Translations under genes and position numbers: made by a program | In this document: positions 24,803-32,439 of the stretch, in pieces | How positions within the stretch are numbered: position 1 is the first letter of the stretch | Layout: every line of letters begins with the position of its first letter | Assembly: GCA_964431045.1 (NCBI GenBank) | Contig: CAYSIK010000001.1 | Location: 1-43,888 of the forward strand | Length of the DNA stretch: 43,888 nucleotides | Origin: an uncultured Flavobacteriaceae bacterium | GTDB taxonomy: Bacteria > Bacteroidota > Bacteroidia > NS11-12g > UBA955 | Direction of reading: 5' to 3' | The notes under the pieces: model-generated | What the model saw: the letters and a program-made list of their open reading frames with translations, nothing else | Told to the model about the DNA's origin: nothing | Database searches by the model: none

Positions 24803-25806
24803 TGAAAATGAAAAATATAATTCGCATATTGCCCCTGCTATTCCTCATTGCTTCCTGTAAGCGCGACAATAAGCAATTTGAAGGCCCCAGCCTGGAAGAT
24901 CTAAACGGTCCGTTTGCAATGGTAAAACCTTTCACCGCGAGCAAAACAGCCGCTGATTTTTCAAAAGGAGAAACCATCACATTTGGTGCTGAATTTACCA
25001 AACAGTGCGACTGGACCATCACCATCTACGGCGATTTGAGCAAAGCGCGGAAAATTATCAGCGGCAAATCCAGAACAGTAGACGCCGGAAATGCTACCTG
25101 GGAAGGAACAACCACGGTATTGCCCGCCTTCCGAACAGAACCTTGCAAGGCAGTATTGAAAATTGCCGGGGTTACAGACAGCTTTAGCCTAAATCTGGGT
25201 GTCAACGGGGTGCGTGTGCCCAAAGGTCTTGTTATTGCTGACTTTGAAAGCGGCCTGAATATCAAATGGAATACATTTATTCAGTCCGGAGCCAATATGG
25301 ATTTCAAAGTAAAAACCGATGCTTTTTCCGTTCAGGGAAAGAATTACCTGAATATGGCCGGTACGGTTTCATGGGACTGGCTTATCGGACTGATTGATTT
25401 TCCCGCTTCAGCCTACGGCTCGCCCACGCTGGCCTTGAGCACCGTTCCGGAAGATGTGTATTTCAATTGCCTTATTTATGGCGATGCAACACCCAATCCA
25501 AGCAGGGTATTGTTTCAGTTCAAAGAAGATGATAACAACAACAAAACCTTTGATCCCAGTGCCGATGACCAGTTTGACAAGGAAATCATTGTAAACTGGC
25601 AGGGTTGGAAACTCGTTTCATTCAAATACAGCGATCTGATCCACCTCAGCAATGGGCAACCCGCTCCCAACAACGGAAACAACCGCCACAACCCAAACAG
25701 CATCGTTACCCTCTCTATGCTGCACCTGGCGAACCCCTCCATGGGTGCAGCCGGCACCAAAATTGACTACCTGATATTTACCGATAAGTCACCCTTGCAA
25801 TTGTGA
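24802..25806 (+). CDS. Surface lipoprotein, putative glycan-binding beta-sandwich (CBM-like)
   Basis: Lipobox LFLIASC. A mid/C-terminal VIADFESG...WN...NYLNMAGT...WQGWKLVSFKYSDL pattern resembles galactose-binding-like/CBM folds, but this is weak. The TGATG start overlaps the upstream stop. Confidence 0.5.
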   Translation: MKMKNIIRILPLLFLIASCKRDNKQFEGPSLEDLNGPFAMVKPFTASKTAADFSKGETITFGAEFTKQCDWTITIYGDLSKARKIISGKSRTVDAGNATWEGTTTVLPAFRTEPCKAVLKIAGVTDSFSLNLGVNGVRVPKGLVIADFESGLNIKWNTFIQSGANMDFKVKTDAFSVQGKNYLNMAGTVSWDWLIGLIDFPASAYGSPTLALSTVPEDVYFNCLIYGDATPNPSRVLFQFKEDDNNNKTFDPSADDQFDKEIIVNWQGWKLVSFKYSDLIHLSNGQPAPNNGNNRHNPNSIVTLSMLHLANPSMGAAGTKIDYLIFTDKSPLQL

Positions 25807-26495
25807 TGAACAGGATTACAGCAACACTAACCGTATTGCTTTTGTGGGGCTCGGCATGGGCTCAGGATTCTGCTGTGCGCAACATAGATACTGTTCATAT
25901 CAAAAATAGCGTGTTGCGTATGAAAAACCTGGGGCTGTACGACCGTTCCGAAACTTCTCCAACCCCTGAAATAGGCGGCTTTGGTGCCTTGCAGCTATTT
26001 GATGAGAATATGGGTTCTGAAATCTGGGTTTCCAAAGAACAGGCCTGTGTAACCGTAAACAAAGACAAAACAAATCCCTACAGCGGAGAATACTGTATGC
26101 GCGCCAAGTGGGATAAAATTGCCGGCGGCTGCAAATGGATTGGAATGGGATTTGGCTGGGACAACTGGCAACCCAAAGACTTGTCCGGTATAGTGGATTC
26201 TGCCTGCATTCAAATGCAGATCCGTTCGCAAACCGATACCCTCAAATCATTGCCGCTGGCCCTGGCGCTCGAAGATTATACAGGGGCGCAATGTTTTATC
26301 GGGTTTTCACCCAAATACCTGAATGGCAAGCGAATCATGCCCGGCAGCTGGACCCCTGTTACTATTCCTCTCTCAGACTTTCCCTTTGAACGTTTTCAGA
26401 CACAATCCGATATGATCAAACAATTTATTATTCAGTTTGAGGCTGACGGGGATGTCTATATTGACAATATCAAACTGGTTAGAAAAAGCAGGTAA
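25806..26495 (+). CDS. Secreted protein, putative carbohydrate-binding module (CBM11/CIA30-like beta-sandwich)
   Basis: Signal peptide MNRITATLTVLLLWGSAWAQ. The C-terminal WTPVTIPLSDF...IKQFIIQFEADGDVYIDNIKLV is typical of CBM beta-sandwich ends. The function call is tentative. Confidence 0.45.
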   Translation: MNRITATLTVLLLWGSAWAQDSAVRNIDTVHIKNSVLRMKNLGLYDRSETSPTPEIGGFGALQLFDENMGSEIWVSKEQACVTVNKDKTNPYSGEYCMRAKWDKIAGGCKWIGMGFGWDNWQPKDLSGIVDSACIQMQIRSQTDTLKSLPLALALEDYTGAQCFIGFSPKYLNGKRIMPGSWTPVTIPLSDFPFERFQTQSDMIKQFIIQFEADGDVYIDNIKLVRKSR

Positions 26496-26500
26496 GCTAT

Positions 26501-28735
26501 ATGAAAAAAGGCTTTAAAATACTTTTATCGATTTGTGTTTTTGTGTTTTTTAATACAATAAGTGCACAGAATAGCCGTGATGCAGCGGTAGAAAACCGCA
26601 TAAAGGCAATGACTTTGGAAGAAAAAGTAGGCCAAATGTCGCAGATTGACCTGGGTGTGCTGGCCGTGGGAAAGATTTGTGAGGTCTCCGACCCGATACG
26701 ACTTGACACTGCCAAACTCCGCCTGGCTTTTCAGCGCTACAAAGTGGGTTCCGTGCTCAACTGTGGTTGCGGTTTTCATGCCCTCAGCCGCAAACGCTGG
26801 CTGGAACTCATTGACAGCATTCAGCAGGCAAACAGCCTTTACACAAAACACAGCATCCCTGTATTGTATGGCATAGATGCCATTCACGGTGCCAATTATA
26901 CCCTGGGCTCAACCCTGTTTCCCCAGCAAATTGGGCAGGCTGCGACATGGAATCCTGAACTGGTAAAAGCTGCAGCACAAATTACTGCCTACGAAACACG
27001 TGCCTCAGGCATACCCTGGAACTTTTCGCCGGTGCTGGATATTGGCCGGCAACCCCTGTGGTCAAGGTTTTTCGAGACCTATGGCGAAGATGTGTGTCTG
27101 GCCAAAAGGATGACGAATGCCTGTATTTCGGGTTATCAGGGCAACACCTTCGGAAATGAACAGGTGGCGGCATGTATGAAGCATTTCCTGGGCTACAGCT
27201 ATCCGCTGAGTGGCAAGGACCGCACCCCCGTTTGGATTGGTGAACGGGAACTGAGGGCCTATTTTCTGCCCACATTTCAGGAAGCCATCCGGCTGAAAGC
27301 CAAAACCCTGATGATTAACTCCGGAGAGCTAAATGGTGTGCCTGTTCATGCCAGCTATCCCATTCTCACAACCCTGCTTAGAGAAGAACTGGGCTTTGAA
27401 GGCGTGGCGGTTACCGATTGGGAAGATGTATACAAACTGCATACCACCCACAAAGTAGCCGAAACACTGAGAGATGCCGTGAAAATGGCCGTGATGGCGG
27501 GTATCGATATGAGCATGACTCCCAATGATTTTCAGTTTAATGAACTGTTAGTGGATCTGGTAAAATCGGGTGAAATTCCGGAAAGCCGCCTGGATATGTC
27601 GGTGCGGCGCATACTGAAACTGAAATCAGATTTAGGCCTTGAAGGAAATGTAAGCTTGCCTTCACTGGCCGATTATCCGTTGTTTGGCTCAGACAGCTTT
27701 GCCCATGTGGCCAATGATGCCGTTGCTGAATCGATAACCCTGCTGAAAAATGAGGGAGATGTATTGCCCCTGTCACCCGGATCCAAAGTATGGTTGATGG
27801 GAAATGCTGCCAACAACCTCAACTACCTGAATGGAGCCTGGTCACAAACCTGGCTGGGACAGGACACAAGGTTCAATGAATCGGGTAAATTGACCATTCT
27901 GCAGGCTTTGCAAGCCGGTTATGGCAAGGATCAAATTACGGAGGTAACGCCTCAATACGTGATGCAGAACCAACGTAAATCAAAACGCCTGCCCGGCGCG
28001 GTAGTTTATTGCCTTGGAGAAACGCCTGCCACGGAAATCCCCGGAAACATTAATGATTTGGCCATTACCATCCCGGATGAAGACCGCAAGGCGCTGGAAT
28101 TATTAAAGGCCCGAAAAGTACCTGTAGTGCTGGTATTGCTTTTGGCAAGGCCGCGCATCATAACCGATCTGGATAAACTGAGCCGAGCCGTGGTACATGC
28201 CTACATCCCCGGTCAGGAGGGAGCAAAGCCGCTGGCGGACTTATTGTATGGCAAAATCAATCCTTCAGGCCGTTTGCCCTTTACCTACCCGCGTTCTTCT
28301 GGAGATATTGTACACTATGACCGTAAACGCACTGAAGACAATGATATCAATTTCGGAAGCAGTGCCTACAATCCGCTGTATGATTTTGGCCACGGCCTTT
28401 CCTATACCCGTTTTGATTACTGGGGCATGAGCGTCAAGCCTGAGAATGACACATTTGTTATTCAGGTTCTTGTAAGAAATACAGGAAATCGCGAGGGCAA
28501 GGAAGTTGTGCAGGTATACTACCGCGATGAATACGCACCGATTACCCCCTCCCAGAAAAAACTATGCGCATTTAGCAAGGTAAATCTTAAGCCCGGGCAG
28601 GATGCTGCTGTTACCCTTAAAGTTCCCTTCTCCGATGTGGGAGACATTGGCGCTGATATGAAACCCTTTAAAGCATCCGGTACCATTGTTTTCCGTGCCG
28701 GACAACAAACCGTAACCCTTAACCACAAACCCTGA
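26501..28735 (+). CDS. Glycoside hydrolase family 3 beta-glucosidase (BglX-like), secreted
   Basis: 744 aa with a signal peptide. MTLEEKVGQM, GIDAIHGAN, KHFLGY and the nucleophile region GFEGVAVTDWED are present, with a C-terminal Fn3-like tail. Confidence 0.9.
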   Translation: MKKGFKILLSICVFVFFNTISAQNSRDAAVENRIKAMTLEEKVGQMSQIDLGVLAVGKICEVSDPIRLDTAKLRLAFQRYKVGSVLNCGCGFHALSRKRWLELIDSIQQANSLYTKHSIPVLYGIDAIHGANYTLGSTLFPQQIGQAATWNPELVKAAAQITAYETRASGIPWNFSPVLDIGRQPLWSRFFETYGEDVCLAKRMTNACISGYQGNTFGNEQVAACMKHFLGYSYPLSGKDRTPVWIGERELRAYFLPTFQEAIRLKAKTLMINSGELNGVPVHASYPILTTLLREELGFEGVAVTDWEDVYKLHTTHKVAETLRDAVKMAVMAGIDMSMTPNDFQFNELLVDLVKSGEIPESRLDMSVRRILKLKSDLGLEGNVSLPSLADYPLFGSDSFAHVANDAVAESITLLKNEGDVLPLSPGSKVWLMGNAANNLNYLNGAWSQTWLGQDTRFNESGKLTILQALQAGYGKDQITEVTPQYVMQNQRKSKRLPGAVVYCLGETPATEIPGNINDLAITIPDEDRKALELLKARKVPVVLVLLLARPRIITDLDKLSRAVVHAYIPGQEGAKPLADLLYGKINPSGRLPFTYPRSSGDIVHYDRKRTEDNDINFGSSAYNPLYDFGHGLSYTRFDYWGMSVKPENDTFVIQVLVRNTGNREGKEVVQVYYRDEYAPITPSQKKLCAFSKVNLKPGQDAAVTLKVPFSDVGDIGADMKPFKASGTIVFRAGQQTVTLNHKP

Positions 28736-29580
28736 TGACCAGAATATTTTACATCATTCCTGCATTGGCAGTGCTGTTGCTTTCGCCGATATACTCCTGT
28801 AAGCAATCCGATCCACCCGACAATAAGAACAGGGTAATCCGCGATTCAGGCGATCTGGTATTTTCCGGCTATGGCTGGAATATCAAATCCAGCACCGGTC
28901 CTGTCGGCCCCGGCCCCAACTACTTTAATGGCAGCGACAGCATGGTGTGGGTGGACAGTAAGGGATATCTGCACCTGCGCATTGCCAAAATTAACGGCAA
29001 GTGGCAAAGCAGTGAGGTTATCTGCACTGAGACTTCAGGCTACGGAACGTATGTGTTTTGCCTGGAAAGTGATGTCGCCACCTTTAATGAACGTGTGGTA
29101 CTGGGCTTGTTTACCTGGGATGACAATTCATTCAAAGAACAGGCCAATAGTGAAGTAGACATCGAGTTTTCCAAGTGGTTTAAGGCCGGCGACAGCTCCA
29201 CCCTTACCTATTCGGTTCAGCCGGTCATTTTCGACAATCCCATTGCCTACAGCGAACGTTCATTTAAGCCTGTGATGCAGGTGAGCAAACTGAAACAGCC
29301 AAGTACCCATTTGTTCAACTGGCGAGCTGACCAAATAACCTGGAACTCCTACACAGGTTCGGTGTATCCAGGTGGCAGTCCACTGGCATCCTGGAGTTTT
29401 AATTTAAACAACCCTGTAAGAACCAAGATAGAGGGGGGGAATTCTTCCAACCCCATTATAATCCCGGCGCCCGGCGCAACTACCCATGCACGCATGAATT
29501 TGTGGCTGCTAAACGGACTTCCTCCTACTGATGGAAAGCCCGTAGAGGTGGTAGTAAGGTCGTTTGAGTATATTCCCTAA
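28735..29580 (+). CDS. Glycoside hydrolase family 16 (lichenase/laminarinase-type) lipoprotein
   Basis: Lipobox SPIYSC. The catalytic strand SEVDIEF matches the ExDxE (EIDIEF) lichenase motif. The flanking SGYGTYVF, HLFNWRADQITW and HARMNLWLLNG parallel the order of Bacillus lichenase blocks. Confidence 0.75.
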   Translation: MTRIFYIIPALAVLLLSPIYSCKQSDPPDNKNRVIRDSGDLVFSGYGWNIKSSTGPVGPGPNYFNGSDSMVWVDSKGYLHLRIAKINGKWQSSEVICTETSGYGTYVFCLESDVATFNERVVLGLFTWDDNSFKEQANSEVDIEFSKWFKAGDSSTLTYSVQPVIFDNPIAYSERSFKPVMQVSKLKQPSTHLFNWRADQITWNSYTGSVYPGGSPLASWSFNLNNPVRTKIEGGNSSNPIIIPAPGATTHARMNLWLLNGLPPTDGKPVEVVVRSFEYIP

Positions 29581-29590
29581 AAACAAAAAA

Positions 29591-29607
29591 GGAGGCACAA
29601 GGCCTCC
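29591..29607. terminator. Bidirectional terminator hairpin between the convergent GH16 and T9SS genes
   Basis: ggaggc-acaag-gcctcc, flanked by an A-rich run upstream (aaacaaaaaa, 29581-29590) and ctcttt downstream. Confidence 0.55.
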
Positions 29608-29631
29608 CTCTTTGTATATCAAACCAAATGA

Positions 29632-31299
29632 TTATTTGCTGTTGATGAAGATGCGCTCCTGATAGCTGCCTTCTGTGGTATTGATAACCATCAGATACAT
29701 GCCGGATTTGGCGCTGTTAAGATTGATTTCGGTGTTGATGGCTTTGCCGGTGAAACCTCTGCTGTAAATCTTCTGTCCTACTACATCAAAAATTTCAATG
29801 TTTCCTGAGGTCAGATTGCTGAATGAAGCGGAAACGTTGAAGCGTCCGTTACCGGGATTTGGGAATACTTTCACACCATTGGCGGTAATGCCTGAATTGC
29901 CCAACGTAGCGCAGCTAACACATTTTTCCCAGCACACAGCAGGCAGGGTTGTATCTGCTTTCACAACACCCATGCGGTTGGTAAACTGACCGGTTGTTTT
30001 GGTGCAGCTTTCACCACCTGTGAATGTTTCCTTGGCAGTCCATCCGTCTACAGTAAAGAGATATTCGAATGTATCGGTAGCGTTCAGGGGCAAGGTGATT
30101 TCATAGACCTTGTCGTTATCCGCATCGGTCATGGGATTGCAGGCACCGCACCAGCCATTGAAGGATCCGTTGATGTTCACGGCAGTGTAAGAACCTGTGT
30201 ATTTGCTCATATCTACCTTGAAAGTAACGTTTGCTTTTTCTTTGGTGTTGGCACAGCTTACGCAAGATTCAAAGCACACAGCATCAAGAACGGTGTTGCC
30301 CGTAATTTTCATAAAACGGTTGGTGTAACCTGCGGTAGTTTTGGTGCAGGATGAACCTTCCTTCATCATTTCCTTTACTGTCCAGCCATCGAGGGTAAAC
30401 AGAAACTCAATAGAATCCTGGGGCAATGGTAATTTCACTTCCCAGATACCGTCTTTGTCGGCATCGGCCATTGGATTGCAGTTTCCGCACCAGCCGTTGA
30501 AGCTGCCGTTTACAAATACACCGGTAAATGCAGCGCCTTTGTATTTGGCCATGTCTACCTTGAAAGTAACATCGTTGGTACACTCGCTGCAGCTTGCCCA
30601 GCAAACATTTGCCAGCACTTTAGAACCTGAAACTTTCAGGAAACGGTTGGTGTAGCCGCCGGTAGTTTTGGTGCACGAACTGCCTGAAGTTAGTTTTTCA
30701 TCGTCCTTCCAGTTGTCTACCTGAAATTTGTATTCAATGGAATCCTGTGTGATGTCGAAGGTACCGCTGAAAATTTTGTCACCGTCTGCATCTGTAAGCT
30801 GATTGCTATTGCCGGACCAGCTGTTGAAGTTGCCGGAAACATATACGTTGGTGTAAGAACCGCTGTATTGCTTCATGTTTACGTTGAAAGTAACCGATTT
30901 TTTGGTTACGGAAGAACAAGCTGCACAGCTTTCGAAACAAACCTTGCTTAAGGTAGTGTTGCCGGTAAGCTTTACAAAACGGTTGGTGTAGCCTGAAGTG
31001 GTTTTTGTGCAGGAGCTTCCGGGTGTAAGGGCTTCCTGTTTTGACCAGTTGTCCATGGTGAACTTGTACTCAATAGAGTCATCATTGATGTCGAAGGTGC
31101 CTTCCCACACGCCGTCAGCGTTAGCATCAGACAGCGCATTTCCGTTGCCGGACCAGCTGTTGAAAGTACCACTCACGTATACGGTCGTGAATGAGCCACC
31201 GGCGTAGTTGTTCATGTCAACCTGAAAAGTAACTTTCTTTTGAGCCCACAGGCCTGTCAAGAAAGCGCTCAGGAATAAAGCGGTAATGATTTTTTTCAT
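29632..31299 (-). CDS. T9SS-secreted protein with four tandem Cys-rich CBM-like modules
   Basis: Signal peptide MKKIITALFLSAFLTGLWAQ. Four modules of ~110 aa read VTFxVDM..Y...V.VSGxFNxW.G..N...DADxD..(W/F)...(F/L)......EYKF..D.W...E.....SCTKTT.GYTNRF.......L..VC(F/W)..C..C. The C-terminus VFPNPGNGRFNV...GMYLMVINT...IFINSK is a Por CTD. Confidence 0.78.
   Translation of the reverse strand: MKKIITALFLSAFLTGLWAQKKVTFQVDMNNYAGGSFTTVYVSGTFNSWSGNGNALSDANADGVWEGTFDINDDSIEYKFTMDNWSKQEALTPGSSCTKTTSGYTNRFVKLTGNTTLSKVCFESCAACSSVTKKSVTFNVNMKQYSGSYTNVYVSGNFNSWSGNSNQLTDADGDKIFSGTFDITQDSIEYKFQVDNWKDDEKLTSGSSCTKTTGGYTNRFLKVSGSKVLANVCWASCSECTNDVTFKVDMAKYKGAAFTGVFVNGSFNGWCGNCNPMADADKDGIWEVKLPLPQDSIEFLFTLDGWTVKEMMKEGSSCTKTTAGYTNRFMKITGNTVLDAVCFESCVSCANTKEKANVTFKVDMSKYTGSYTAVNINGSFNGWCGACNPMTDADNDKVYEITLPLNATDTFEYLFTVDGWTAKETFTGGESCTKTTGQFTNRMGVVKADTTLPAVCWEKCVSCATLGNSGITANGVKVFPNPGNGRFNVSASFSNLTSGNIEIFDVVGQKIYSRGFTGKAINTEINLNSAKSGMYLMVINTTEGSYQERIFINSK
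29905..31233 (-). repeat. Four in-frame tandem repeats (324-342 bp each) encoding the CBM-like modules
   Basis: Module boundaries are aa 23-135, 136-243, 244-357 and 358-465. DNA-level similarity is visible, e.g. ggtgtagcctgaagtggtttttgtgcagga, ggtgtagccgccggtagttttggtgcacga and ggtgtaacctgcggtagttttggtgcagga. Confidence 0.8.
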
Positions 31300-31323
31300 G
31301 TTCGTTAAAGTTTAATTCACAAA

Positions 31324-31331
31324 CAAAGGTA
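31324..31331 (-). promoter_or_regulatory. -7 box TACCTTTG (minus strand) for the T9SS CBM-repeat gene
   Basis: The plus strand reads caaaggta, 24 nt upstream of ATG 31299. Confidence 0.45.
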
Positions 31332-31345
31332 GAAAAAACCAATCA

Positions 31346-31364
31346 TATTGTAAAAAAAACAATA
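31346..31364. promoter_or_regulatory. Candidate operator TATTGT-N7-ACAATA (copy 1 upstream of the T9SS CBM-repeat gene)
   Basis: tattgt-aaaaaaa-acaata, 14 nt upstream of the -7 box, which places it in the -33 region. Confidence 0.55.
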
Positions 31365-31368
31365 AGAT

Positions 31369-31387
31369 TATTGTTAAAAGTACAATA
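31369..31387. promoter_or_regulatory. Candidate operator TATTGT-N7-ACAATA (copy 2 upstream of the T9SS CBM-repeat gene)
   Basis: tattgt-taaaagt-acaata, 23 bp start-to-start from copy 1. Confidence 0.55.
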
Positions 31388-31533
31388 AGTGAGCTTTTAA
31401 AAATGCTATTTCATTTTTTATATCATTGATTTTCAAATACTTAATAATTTTAATCTATAATTTTAGCTGAAAGTAAAAAGTCGGGAAAACCTCCTTGTGG
31501 AAGTTATTTTTAACATAATTCATACAAAAAGAA

Positions 31534-32439
31534 TTACCGTTTGAGAGTTACCCTCCGGTAATCTTCTGTGTAGGCCCCTACCACTCCATAAGCCCCCGGA
31601 ACATTCCCTTTTATTTTTCCCGGCAGCTGGCTAATACTTTGCTGCTGCCAAATATGGGCATTTCGGGTGTTGTAAAAATCATACAGGGATTTGTCGATGT
31701 TCTCCAGATGAAACTCAATACCCGTAGGCCTTTCGAAGGTTGTTTTTACCAGTAGATCAGAAGTGTAAAATACCATGTATTTATATACCCCGTTGAATGT
31801 TGCGTCTGAAAAAACCACTTCACGCGATGTGTAATTGTTGTAATCGTTTTCCGCCGCTGCCAGGTCATCTGAAAACAAGGCTATGATTTCTTTTTTCAGA
31901 AAACTGTCAATGAGTTTACCCGATTTGTCATACTCATATTTGTAGGTGTTTTTATACAGATAGCAGCGATAATAATTGTCTTTTGCAGCATCATCATTGA
32001 ACCGGATGGCAACTGAAAATGCACGGCCAATACCGGGAACAAGTTGCCTTGTAGTGTCAAGTATATTAATGGGAGTATAACCGGGAATGACCATTGGAAT
32101 TATATAGGAAGACATTCCTGACACATCACCCTTAAATAGAAGGGAATCACCGGCCTTGGCGGCATTGGAACCAAAGCGGTGAACACCATTTCCGACATAA
32201 AGACTGGTATCTTTCCGTTGACCGGACTTCCAGATTTCAAACCGTACATTGGCCAGTGGCATATCTTTACTTCCGAAGGGTGCAGTCAGTCTGGAATCTG
32301 CTGTCAAAACACTGTCTGGAGTAATAAAGCAATGAATTGCAGGCAAGGGTGTTATCTGCGAATTTGGATTGTACGGAATTTCTTTTATGCATCCGCTTAA
32401 AATTATAACCGTTACAATATGTAAGACGCCAATTCTCAA
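31534..32439 (-). CDS. DUF4249 family lipoprotein (usual partner of CarboxypepD_reg-type TonB-dependent receptors)
   Basis: Lipobox IILSGC. The TTG start overlaps the TGA of the upstream receptor (TTGA). Size and position directly after the TBDR fit the DUF4249 pattern. Confidence 0.6.
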   Translation of the reverse strand: MRIGVLHIVTVIILSGCIKEIPYNPNSQITPLPAIHCFITPDSVLTADSRLTAPFGSKDMPLANVRFEIWKSGQRKDTSLYVGNGVHRFGSNAAKAGDSLLFKGDVSGMSSYIIPMVIPGYTPINILDTTRQLVPGIGRAFSVAIRFNDDAAKDNYYRCYLYKNTYKYEYDKSGKLIDSFLKKEIIALFSDDLAAAENDYNNYTSREVVFSDATFNGVYKYMVFYTSDLLVKTTFERPTGIEFHLENIDKSLYDFYNTRNAHIWQQQSISQLPGKIKGNVPGAYGVVGAYTEDYRRVTLKR

